A stretch of 64,000 nt of DNA from Phycisphaerae bacterium (GTDB taxonomy: Bacteria; Planctomycetota; Phycisphaerae; SM23-33). The stretch lies in contig JBHGBE010000009.1 in NCBI GenBank assembly GCA_041946855.1, positions 7,838 to 71,837 of the forward strand, written 5' to 3'. Positions within the stretch are counted from its first letter, which is position 1, and each line of letters opens with the position of its first letter. The notes below the pieces were generated by a model that made no database searches, was not told the DNA's origin, and saw only the letters and a list, made by a program, of their open reading frames with translations. Below are positions 21,737 to 29,636 of the stretch, one piece after another. The translations under genes were made by a program, and so were the position numbers.

Positions 21737-22170
21737 AGGCTGCTCCGCTGGTCGCTCAGCGATCTTGCCCAGATTACCCAGTCGCATATAAGTTCGGCTT
21801 TGTTTCGGGACTTCTGCACTCCCGCGGCCGCCCGGCCGTGCTATGCGACCTGCCTTTCCGGCGCGCCGTCCGCGCCGTGCTTGAGGGATGATTGGGCCAC
21901 AGCCGTGCGCCTGGCTGCCTGGAATCGCTGGGGCATCCGCGCCGTCGGCGTCCTCGGCTCCATCTTGCCGCCTTCAACCTTCGACATGTCGATCACCTGG
22001 CCTCCGCGTCAGCGGGTGCTCCTTACACAACCGATATATTATAGCATACCGAATATAATGCAACAACATAATTCCGGAGGTCCTTTCGGGATTTCCGGCC
22101 GTGGGGTCGGGCCCGGAGCGATGGCCGGTTCCGGCCGTGGGGTCGGGTCAGGAGGGATGCCAAGGGGGGC

Positions 22171-22323
22171 AGGCCCGAAGGGCCGGTAGTGCTGTAGCCG
22201 TGGGCGAAGCGCAGCGGAGCCCACGGCCTGGCGAGCGCAGAGGTTAGAGGCCCGAAGGGCCGGTAGTCTCGCCCGTTCCCATTCTGTCTTGAGAGGCCTG
22301 AACACCGCCGGCCCTTCGGGCCT
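22171..22323. repeat. Composite REP-like palindromic element
   Basis: AGGCCCGAAGGGCCGGTAGT twice (22171, 22248), an inverted copy near 22308, and an internal GCCGTGGGC..GCCCACGGC hairpin. Confidence 0.65.
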
Positions 22324-22458
22324 CGTTTGCTTGACGCGTCTGATTCCGGGGCCTGTGCTTGCCTTCGGGCGGAGCCATCGCACAGTCCATAGGGGCCGAG
22401 GATAGGACGCGACACCGCCAGGAGCCCCGGCAGGAGCACCCGCCGCTCACGCGGCGAG

Positions 22459-22983
22459 CTATCCGCCTCTGGCGGATGGCCGCCGCCGCGGCTCAATGCG
22501 TGTCGCACGGCCGGCCGTGAGTGGCAGGACCGCGTGGCGATGGAACTCGACCGGCCGGCGCCGGTGTAGCCGGCCGGGACGTCGACCCGTGCGCGCGGCA
22601 TCGTCACGCCCGGAGGTATCGGCCCCGCCCGCGGCCGACTCGCCGTCGGATGGGTCCTGGTTGATGCCCGTCTGGACAAGTTCGTCGATGTACGTCAGGC
22701 CCCAGACGTGCTGGCGGATGGTCTGCCCGGCGCCGTTTCGCTCCTCCACGCACGACTGCCCGTTGTGGTAGTAGTGGTACGTATAGTTCCAATCCGCTGA
22801 GTTGCTCACGTCCTTGCAGATCCGTCTGCCCAACCCGTCGTAGGATATTGTACCGACGGTGGATGTCAAGGACAGGGATCCATCGCCATTTCTATAGGCC
22901 CTCTTGACCGCGGCCATGCGGTTCCAGGCGTCGTACCTGAAGGCGTACTGGCCGTCGTAGACCATGTTGCCGCGTGCGTCGTA
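22459..22983 (-). pseudogene. RHS-repeat core fragment
   Basis: YDARGNMVYDG..YDAWNRM..YDGLGRRI..VWGLTYIDE; no N-terminus, no core terminus and no toxin tip. Confidence 0.7.
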
Positions 22984-23106
22984 TGCGGGCGGATCGGCGG
23001 CCGCGCCGCTCGAGGTGGCGAAGTTGTCAAGACAACAACGCCACCCCCGAGCTCAACAGCAAAGGCACGCTTGGGTGTGGCACACCAAATCACCTTCGAT
23101 TGGGAT

Positions 23107-23254
23107 GGCCACCCGCCGGCCGCTACAGCGGGCCATAGAGCAACAGGTCGTTACACCGCTTGCCCATTTCCTGGCGGCCAATCCGCGCGCCCGCGGCGCG
23201 CGGATCGTGCCGGACTACTTTGACGGGAAAGTGGTCCTGACGGTCGAACGATGA
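23107..23254 (+). pseudogene. Clp ATPase C-terminal (D2-small) fragment
   Basis: RRPLQRAIEQQVVTPLAHFL resembles the GARPLxRxI tail of ClpB/C; no upstream ATPase domain. Confidence 0.5.
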
Positions 23255-23267
23255 CGCGCTTCCCAGG

Positions 23268-24845
23268 CTACTTCGGAGAAGGCGCCGCGCTCTTGGCGGT
23301 CGCTCCCGTGACGGGCACGGCCGAGTCGGTGCTGGTCAGCAGCGCCTGAATCAACTGGTCCTCGGTCACCTGCACCGGGCCGGTCACGAACTCGGGGATG
23401 TTGTAGGTCTGGGTGCAGGAGTCGTAGAAGCTCGGGTCTTCCTGCGGCAGGACCCATGCCTTGGAGTCTTTGCCTTCGGCGTCGATGTAGGTGAAGTGCG
23501 GCCGCGCGAACTGCGGGCTGCCCCGCCGGCTGCTGAAGACCACCCACCGGCCGTTGGTGGACCATGAGTGCCACGACTCGCTCTGATCGCTGCTGCATTC
23601 GAGCTTGCGGTACGTCTTCTTCTCCGGGTCCACCAGGTAAAGGTCGGCGCTCTCGCGGAAGACCGGGAAGCTCCCGTAGTCGCACATGGTGACCAGCAGG
23701 AACCGGCCGTCGGGCGAGGCCTTCGGCTCCAGGATGCTCAGGCCGGTCGCCTTCGAGGAAAGGACTACTTCCACCTCTCCCCACTTCGGCGGGGCGGTGC
23801 TGTCGTCGTACCTGATCCGCACCAGGTCGAACTTGACCTCTTTATGGCGCTCGATGGCGGCCTCTTCCATGGTTCTTGGATCGGTCCATAGGACCGGCGC
23901 CCGGCAGAAGTACAGGTACTTGCCGTCGGCCGACCAGCAGGGGAATGTCTCCTGGGCGTCCGGGGCGGATATCTCGGGCGGGTACGCCAGCGTGCGCGTC
24001 TGCACGTCATACACGGCCAGATCGCAGATGTAATCGACGTGGTCGCGGATCTCCCGGCCGATGCTGTGCGTGTACACCGAGAACTTCTGCACGGAGAACG
24101 CGGCCACCCGCCCGTTGGGGTGCCAGGAGGTGTAGGCGACGGGGCGGGGGTACTTCTTCGTCCGGGTGTCAACCTTCGTCAGCTTGCCGTCGCGCCACAC
24201 GAGCATGCCCGACGATGGGAAGATCGGTCCCGGCCGCACGTGGATGAGCATCGTGTCGGGCCGGTTCCTGTAGAAACTATGGCAGTTGCAGCAGGAGGTC
24301 TGGATGTTGGTGCTGTGGAGTATCTCCCTTTCGCCGTAATCGGACAGGCGCCGCTGGAACAGCCCCAGGTGCGCCCAGTTGTGGATGCTCGGGTTGAGAA
24401 GGCGATACGCCAGGTAGGGGTCGATCTCCTCTTGGGCGACCTTGTTGTGGACGGTCCTGAACTTCGTCCACCTGCCGCGGCCGTCCCGCGAGAAGACGTC
24501 GATGCCGATCCCGCCGCCGCGGTTGGCCGCCAGCAGCTCCCGCCACGGCTGGATGGGGATGATGATGTCCGGCCCGTTGCCGGAGATGTCGATCGGCCTG
24601 CCCTTGTCGCCCGAGATCCTCGCGCGGAACGCGCTGCCCGGCCCCGAAACCCGAAAGTTCATCGGGGCGATGTTGGGGGGGATGACGATGTCGGTATAGT
24701 CAGGTACGATGCGCGGAGGGTCCTTGGCCTCGGTGTACGTCGATGGAATTCCGCCAGTATGCGCCAGAAGCGCCGCGGCGGCGACGGCCCCGGCCGCGAT
24801 GACACCGCCCGCCCCGCCCAGTATGCACCACTTTCGCCGGGTCAT
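23268..24845 (-). CDS. TolB-like/PD40 beta-propeller protein
   Basis: PDYTDIVIPPNIAPMNF, CCNCH, SWHP.G, FPCWSADG and SWHSWSTNGRW; ATGA overlap with the upstream gene. Confidence 0.8.
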   Translation of the reverse strand: MTRRKWCILGGAGGVIAAGAVAAAALLAHTGGIPSTYTEAKDPPRIVPDYTDIVIPPNIAPMNFRVSGPGSAFRARISGDKGRPIDISGNGPDIIIPIQPWRELLAANRGGGIGIDVFSRDGRGRWTKFRTVHNKVAQEEIDPYLAYRLLNPSIHNWAHLGLFQRRLSDYGEREILHSTNIQTSCCNCHSFYRNRPDTMLIHVRPGPIFPSSGMLVWRDGKLTKVDTRTKKYPRPVAYTSWHPNGRVAAFSVQKFSVYTHSIGREIRDHVDYICDLAVYDVQTRTLAYPPEISAPDAQETFPCWSADGKYLYFCRAPVLWTDPRTMEEAAIERHKEVKFDLVRIRYDDSTAPPKWGEVEVVLSSKATGLSILEPKASPDGRFLLVTMCDYGSFPVFRESADLYLVDPEKKTYRKLECSSDQSESWHSWSTNGRWVVFSSRRGSPQFARPHFTYIDAEGKDSKAWVLPQEDPSFYDSCTQTYNIPEFVTGPVQVTEDQLIQALLTSTDSAVPVTGATAKSAAPSPK

Positions 24846-27049
24846 TGCCTTCCTCGTTCGCCCAGGACAAGATAGTAAAAGTAGAAATAGGTGTCGTGGA
24901 ATTCCTTCCACATCTTGTCTTTCAAGTCTTTCATCCGGTCGGCCGACTCCTTCTCGCGCCGCTGGTCCTCGGCGATGGAGGCCTCCAGTTCCGCCTGGCG
25001 CTGGCGGTTGCCGGCCTGCGTCGCGACGCGCAGCGATTCCCGCTTGAGCACGGCGGCCTTGGCGGCCCCATCCTTCTGGTCCCGGATTCTCTGATATTCC
25101 ATCATCATGGGCGTGAACGCCTCGAACCGCTTCCGGGTCTCGGGGCGGATGCTCTTGCCGGGGACCTGAACGGCCTGGCCGGTCATGTCCTGGTAGATCA
25201 GCATCGCCTCCTCGTAGTGCCGCGGTATGTCGGGGTACCTGAACCGCTGAGCGTTGACCCAGTACTCCTCGTTCAGGCGCGAGGGCCGGCCCGGCCTGTC
25301 CACGAGGTTCGCGCAGACGTCCTTCACTCTGCCCTCGAGCAGGCAGAAGGCCATCATGTACTCGAACGCCATCTTGTTGTGGGGGTTGACTCGCAGGCAC
25401 GCGGCGTAGACAACGGCCGTGCCCGCAAGGTTGGCGTGGTAGACCAGGCCCGGGTAGTCCTTGTCCTCGCCCGACGCGAGGGCGCGGTATCTCGTGATCT
25501 CCTCGTCGGGCGGGGAGTCGGGGTCTTCGTCGATCCGCTGGAGCCAGGCCCTTGCCCATGCGCCGTACTCGGCGTGGGCGCTGAGGACGTTCAGGAAAAT
25601 GCGCGCGGAGCCGTAGTCCCTCTTGATGATCTTGATCTTCGCCAGCCGGCTCATCGTGGGGCCCTGATAGCCCAGCCCCGCGAACGCCTCCGCCTCGTTT
25701 ACCCTTCCCATGGCCAGCAGCAGGTCCGCGATGTGGCAGTTCGAGTGCCAGTCGGGCACCTCCATCACGCCGGCCAGCAACTGGTATTCCTGCGGGTAGG
25801 AGAACATGTCGTACGCCAGGCGGCCCTTCTCGAACAAGGCGCGGTTCACGTCCATGTTCATGGCGAAGGTGTAGGACGATTTGGGCACATCTGGCGCCTC
25901 GCGGAGGATGTCATCCCACCGGCTGTTCGTGAACCAGTAGTCTATCTTCACCTCCCGCTTCAGCTCCCTGTTGACGGTCAGGTGCGCTACGCCGGCCGCG
26001 ACGCCCAGGAGCACCGTCATCTGCACCACGGCCATCAGGATCGTCCTGCCCGCGGGGGGGGGCCGGAGGGCGGGCTTTTCGCCGCCGGAATCGTGCGCGG
26101 ACGCGCGAGCGTCGCCAGCCGGCGAGTTGCCGGTCCTGGAGATGAGCTTAGCCGCCTGTTCCTTCAGCTTTCCCATGAACGGGACAAGGGCGGCGCAGAC
26201 CGGTATGTAGAAGTACAGCAGGCCCACGCCCCAGTTGATCCAGGCGTTGGAGTGCTTGAGGAAAGGCATCAATCTCGCCCGGAGCGCATCCCATCCGCCC
26301 GCGCTGCTCAGGACGGTCCATCGCGCGCCGAAGGCGTCCATCGCGGGCCATCGCCATCCCGATTCCGCGGACGCCGCCAGCAGCACTTCGATGATCGCCG
26401 CCGCCAGGACGGCCGCCGGTATGCACGCCGCCCCCGCCGCCCATCGCCTGGCGGTGGCCATCTCGAAGACGGCGCAGGTGACAGCGAAGAGGAAGCACGC
26501 CCCGGCGGCAAGGTAGTAGACCACCAGCGCCATCGCGGCGAAGACGGCGATGCGAAGGGCCGAGTTGCGGATGGGCGTCCACGCGTATGCGGCCGCCGCG
26601 GCCATCGCTATGATAATGCCGATGACGGGCGCGCCGTAGAAGTCGTACTGGCCGTACAGCGCCATCAGGAGCAGTCCGGGGGCCACCCATGCCCCGGGCG
26701 CGGGGCCGCGAGCGGCGGCCCTCATAACGGCGGCCGTCAGGAGCAGGAAAACGCCGATAACGGCGGCGTTGGCGGCCGGCCCGCCCCACTCGGACCGGTT
26801 GACCTGGCAGATGTACCGGGAACACCAGTCCGCCACGTCGCCCGGGGCCCTGACGAACTCCTTGAAGGTCCGCCAGGTGGGCGCGAAGACCGCGCTCTCG
26901 TATACCTGGTGGTCGTAGATGAGCCTGGTATCGACCAGCGAATGGAACAGCAGGACCAGGAAGGCCAGAAACACAGCGACGCGCAAGAAGAACAGGGCCG
27001 ACGGCATCGGCCGCCGCCCCGCGCTGTTGGGCCTCTGTGAACCAGGCAT
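24842..27049 (-). CDS. DUF6057-like multi-pass membrane protein with a TPR-like C-terminus
   Basis: Many TM segments, NPHNKMAFEYMMA and IPRHYEEAML; the usual partner of the PD40 gene. Confidence 0.7.
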   Translation of the reverse strand: MPGSQRPNSAGRRPMPSALFFLRVAVFLAFLVLLFHSLVDTRLIYDHQVYESAVFAPTWRTFKEFVRAPGDVADWCSRYICQVNRSEWGGPAANAAVIGVFLLLTAAVMRAAARGPAPGAWVAPGLLLMALYGQYDFYGAPVIGIIIAMAAAAAYAWTPIRNSALRIAVFAAMALVVYYLAAGACFLFAVTCAVFEMATARRWAAGAACIPAAVLAAAIIEVLLAASAESGWRWPAMDAFGARWTVLSSAGGWDALRARLMPFLKHSNAWINWGVGLLYFYIPVCAALVPFMGKLKEQAAKLISRTGNSPAGDARASAHDSGGEKPALRPPPAGRTILMAVVQMTVLLGVAAGVAHLTVNRELKREVKIDYWFTNSRWDDILREAPDVPKSSYTFAMNMDVNRALFEKGRLAYDMFSYPQEYQLLAGVMEVPDWHSNCHIADLLLAMGRVNEAEAFAGLGYQGPTMSRLAKIKIIKRDYGSARIFLNVLSAHAEYGAWARAWLQRIDEDPDSPPDEEITRYRALASGEDKDYPGLVYHANLAGTAVVYAACLRVNPHNKMAFEYMMAFCLLEGRVKDVCANLVDRPGRPSRLNEEYWVNAQRFRYPDIPRHYEEAMLIYQDMTGQAVQVPGKSIRPETRKRFEAFTPMMMEYQRIRDQKDGAAKAAVLKRESLRVATQAGNRQRQAELEASIAEDQRREKESADRMKDLKDKMWKEFHDTYFYFYYLVLGERGRQ

Positions 27050-27225
27050 CCGCACTCCCAGGTCCTCCGGCCGCCCCTTGCCCCAAAGGAGCACCGTCGC
27101 GGACGTGCAAGACCGATGTTACCAGACACGCGCGAGATATGAAAGGCCATCTCCGGGCCGGGGGCATCGGGCAGGCCTAGAGCCTCCCAACCTCCTGCCT
27201 CCCAAACATTTTCCCGTTTTCGCGC

Positions 27226-27254
27226 TTGACAGAACGGCCGATATTCAGTAATAT
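27226..27254 (+). promoter_or_regulatory. Sigma70-like promoter
   Basis: TTGACA-17-TAATAT upstream of the PEP-CTERM gene. Confidence 0.65.
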
Positions 27255-27366
27255 CTCTGTTGCTCGATGTGCTCAACCGCATGTGGCACATGGACGGAGG
27301 ACGCTCAGGCCACCAGGTCTACCTCCTGCCATCGTGCGGACATGCCTAACTTGGACGGAGGAGACC

Positions 27367-28083
27367 ATGCTCATGGTCAAGGGACGCTCGCTCGTTGGGG
27401 CAGTATGTCTGACGGTCATGCTGGTTGCCTCGGCTTCCACCTCATGGGCCGCGATCATCTACGATTTCGGCAACCCCCAGGACTACACGCTTAGCGCCGT
27501 CATCGCCGCCGGCGGCATCAAGGTGGGTGACAAGCTCTTTGACAACTTCCAGGTGACGACCAATAAGTCGACCGGCGCCGTGGCCCCCGACGCTAGCGGC
27601 ATCAGCGTCCGCGGGGTCCTCCAGAGCGGGGACTACGGCCTCCGTTTCAACGGCGGATGGTCCGCCGCGCAGAACCAGATCGCCGACAGCACGATCAAGT
27701 ACAAGGTTACGGCCGATGACCCGTTCCTGATCAAGGACAACACGCTGATGATCTCGGCCTTCGGGGCCGTCAACGGGGGCATTGTCAGCGTCAGCGAGAA
27801 CCTCTATCTCCAGAATCCCGACGTGGTGATCAACCCGCCCATCGCAAACGAGCTTGTTTACTACGTCAGCGCGACTAACCAGGGGCTGGTCAGCAGCGGC
27901 ACGTTCTCGCCGACAGCGTCGGTCTGGGTTGTGAAGGACGTCATAGCCAACGGTGGCGTGGATCCCAACGGGCTGGGGCACCTCAGCGAGTTCTACCAGA
28001 CCTTCAGCCAGGTGCCGGAACCTGCCACTATGGCAGTCCTGGCTGCGGGTGCCCTGCTTGCCCTTCGCCGGCGCAGGGCCTAG
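27367..28083 (+). CDS. PEP-CTERM sorting-domain protein
   Basis: Signal peptide; C-terminal VPEPATMAVLAAGALLALRRRRA. Confidence 0.92.
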   Translation: MLMVKGRSLVGAVCLTVMLVASASTSWAAIIYDFGNPQDYTLSAVIAAGGIKVGDKLFDNFQVTTNKSTGAVAPDASGISVRGVLQSGDYGLRFNGGWSAAQNQIADSTIKYKVTADDPFLIKDNTLMISAFGAVNGGIVSVSENLYLQNPDVVINPPIANELVYYVSATNQGLVSSGTFSPTASVWVVKDVIANGGVDPNGLGHLSEFYQTFSQVPEPATMAVLAAGALLALRRRRA

Positions 28084-28239
28084 AGGGAATCCCCAAACGC
28101 GATAGACCGCGTTTGGGGGCCAAAGGTCCCGCCGGAGGTCCTATAAATTCGGGCCCCGTCGGCGCTTCTCCTCCGTCGCGCCGGCGGGGCCGGTTATTGC
28201 GCCCTTCCAATCCCGCCGCCGGCAACTACACTATCCGCG

Positions 28240-29514
28240 ATGAGCGCACGGCCCGTCCGCCTGGACATTTACCGCACGGCCATCCCGATGCGGACCTTCG
28301 AGCACGCCGCCGCCAAGCGGGATGTGGCCGAGGCCGTCGTCACGCGAGTTACGTTTGACGATGGGGGGGTCGGTTGGGGCGAGACGCTCCCGCGGCCGTA
28401 CGTCACGGGCGAGACGATCCAGAGCGTCGTCCACGACCTCCAGAACGCCATCTGGCCGGCTTGCAGGGGGCTGGACGTAGCGGACGGTGAATGCCTCGCC
28501 GCGCTCGACAAGGTCACCGGCGGGCAGGGGTGCATGAACGCCGCTCGATGCGCATTCGAGTTGACTCTTGTCGATTGCGGCGCGCCTATGGAGTGCGGGG
28601 GCCATATGGAGTGCGGTGGCAATGTCCCGAAGGGACGCGACACCGCTTTGGATGGTGGGCACAGACCCGATCAGACAGCAAGACTATCAAACGTGATGGC
28701 CACAGCCAAAGCGGCGTCGCATCCGCCTTCGGCGGACTTGCCGCCGCACTCCATAGCGGTGCGCATCAGCGGCGTTCTCGGCTCGGCCGACCCGGCCGGG
28801 ACCGCAAGACGCCTCCGCCTGATGCGACTCTACGGCCTGCGGGATTTCAAGCTCAAGCTGGGCTTCGGCGATGATATCGACGCTGAGAACCTGCGAGTCA
28901 TTCAGAAGCGAATCGGTAAGGCCATCGCCGCCGGCAAGTGTTCCCTGCGGGTCGATGTCAACGGCGGGTGGGACGCCGCGACCACGCTGGATCGCGTCGA
29001 GGGCCTCAAGCAGTTCGGCATCTGCGTCGTGGAACAGCCAGTCTACTGCTCGGCTGTCGAACTGGTGGAGTTGGCTCGCTGGTGCGCCCTTCCCCTCATG
29101 GCTGATGAATCGCTGTTGACGTACGCGGACGCACAAGTACTGGCCAAGGAGCCGCAGCAAGTCTGGTGGAACATCCGCATCAGCAAGAACGGCGGCCTGT
29201 CCGATGCCTTTGTGCTCGCCGCCATGGCAAAGGATCATGGAATCCCATTCAGCATCGGCTGTATGGTAGGGGAAAGCAGCATCCTTTCAGCCGCGCAGCG
29301 CCGCCTCCTTCAGATGCTTGGCCCGTGGTCCCACCCGCGATTCGTCGAGGGCAACTACGGCCGGTTCCTCCTGGCCGACGACCTGACGACTAGGTCCATC
29401 CGCTTCGGCTACGGCGGGCGGCTCAAGCCGCTCAAGGGGCCGGGGTTTGGCGTGACCGTCGATCCGGCCAAGCTTGCCAAGTACGGAACGCTTGTGAAGA
29501 CGCTCGAGGCCTGA
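28240..29514 (+). CDS. Enolase-superfamily (MLE/dipeptide epimerase-like) enzyme with an in-frame repeat insertion
   Basis: GWGETLPRPYVTGE, FKLK, DVNGGW, EQP, ADES, NIRISK and GCMVGE. Confidence 0.85.
   Translation: MSARPVRLDIYRTAIPMRTFEHAAAKRDVAEAVVTRVTFDDGGVGWGETLPRPYVTGETIQSVVHDLQNAIWPACRGLDVADGECLAALDKVTGGQGCMNAARCAFELTLVDCGAPMECGGHMECGGNVPKGRDTALDGGHRPDQTARLSNVMATAKAASHPPSADLPPHSIAVRISGVLGSADPAGTARRLRLMRLYGLRDFKLKLGFGDDIDAENLRVIQKRIGKAIAAGKCSLRVDVNGGWDAATTLDRVEGLKQFGICVVEQPVYCSAVELVELARWCALPLMADESLLTYADAQVLAKEPQQVWWNIRISKNGGLSDAFVLAAMAKDHGIPFSIGCMVGESSILSAAQRRLLQMLGPWSHPRFVEGNYGRFLLADDLTTRSIRFGYGGRLKPLKGPGFGVTVDPAKLAKYGTLVKTLEA
28587..28755. repeat. Palindromic repeat element inside the CDS
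   Basis: TATGGAGTGCGG (28587, 28605)...CCGCTTTGG...CCAAAGCGG...CCGCACTCCATA nested inverted repeats. Confidence 0.8.
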
Positions 29515-29518
29515 ACAC

Positions 29519-29630
29519 GTGGCGTGGGCCTCTGGCCCGCGCGTCTGGCGGGCGTCTCGCCCGCATATTGCGTCACACGTCGTGCGGGCGAGACGCCCGC
29601 CAGGCGCACGGGCGATCGCGCCCATGCCAC
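29519..29630. repeat. REP-like element, family copy 1
   Basis: GTGGCGTGGGCCTCTGGCCCGCGCGTCT..GCGGGCGTCTCGCCCGC..GCGGGCGAGACGCCCGC..CCCATGCCAC, between convergent genes. Confidence 0.75.
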
Positions 29631-29636
29631 GTCGCG

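Noticed and set aside
22030-22075. AT-rich patch as oriC, dif or a loxP-like site
   Set aside because: No DnaA-box cluster or full XerC/D arms; the TATAGCATAC match is explained by an extended -10 on the minus strand.
24280-24300. CCNCH as a c-type heme site making the PD40 protein a cytochrome
   Set aside because: A single motif in a propeller family; insufficient to call a cytochrome.
23268-25559. 763-aa version of the PD40 protein
   Set aside because: The extension overlaps the DUF6057-like gene; the ATGA-coupled start at 24845 is better.
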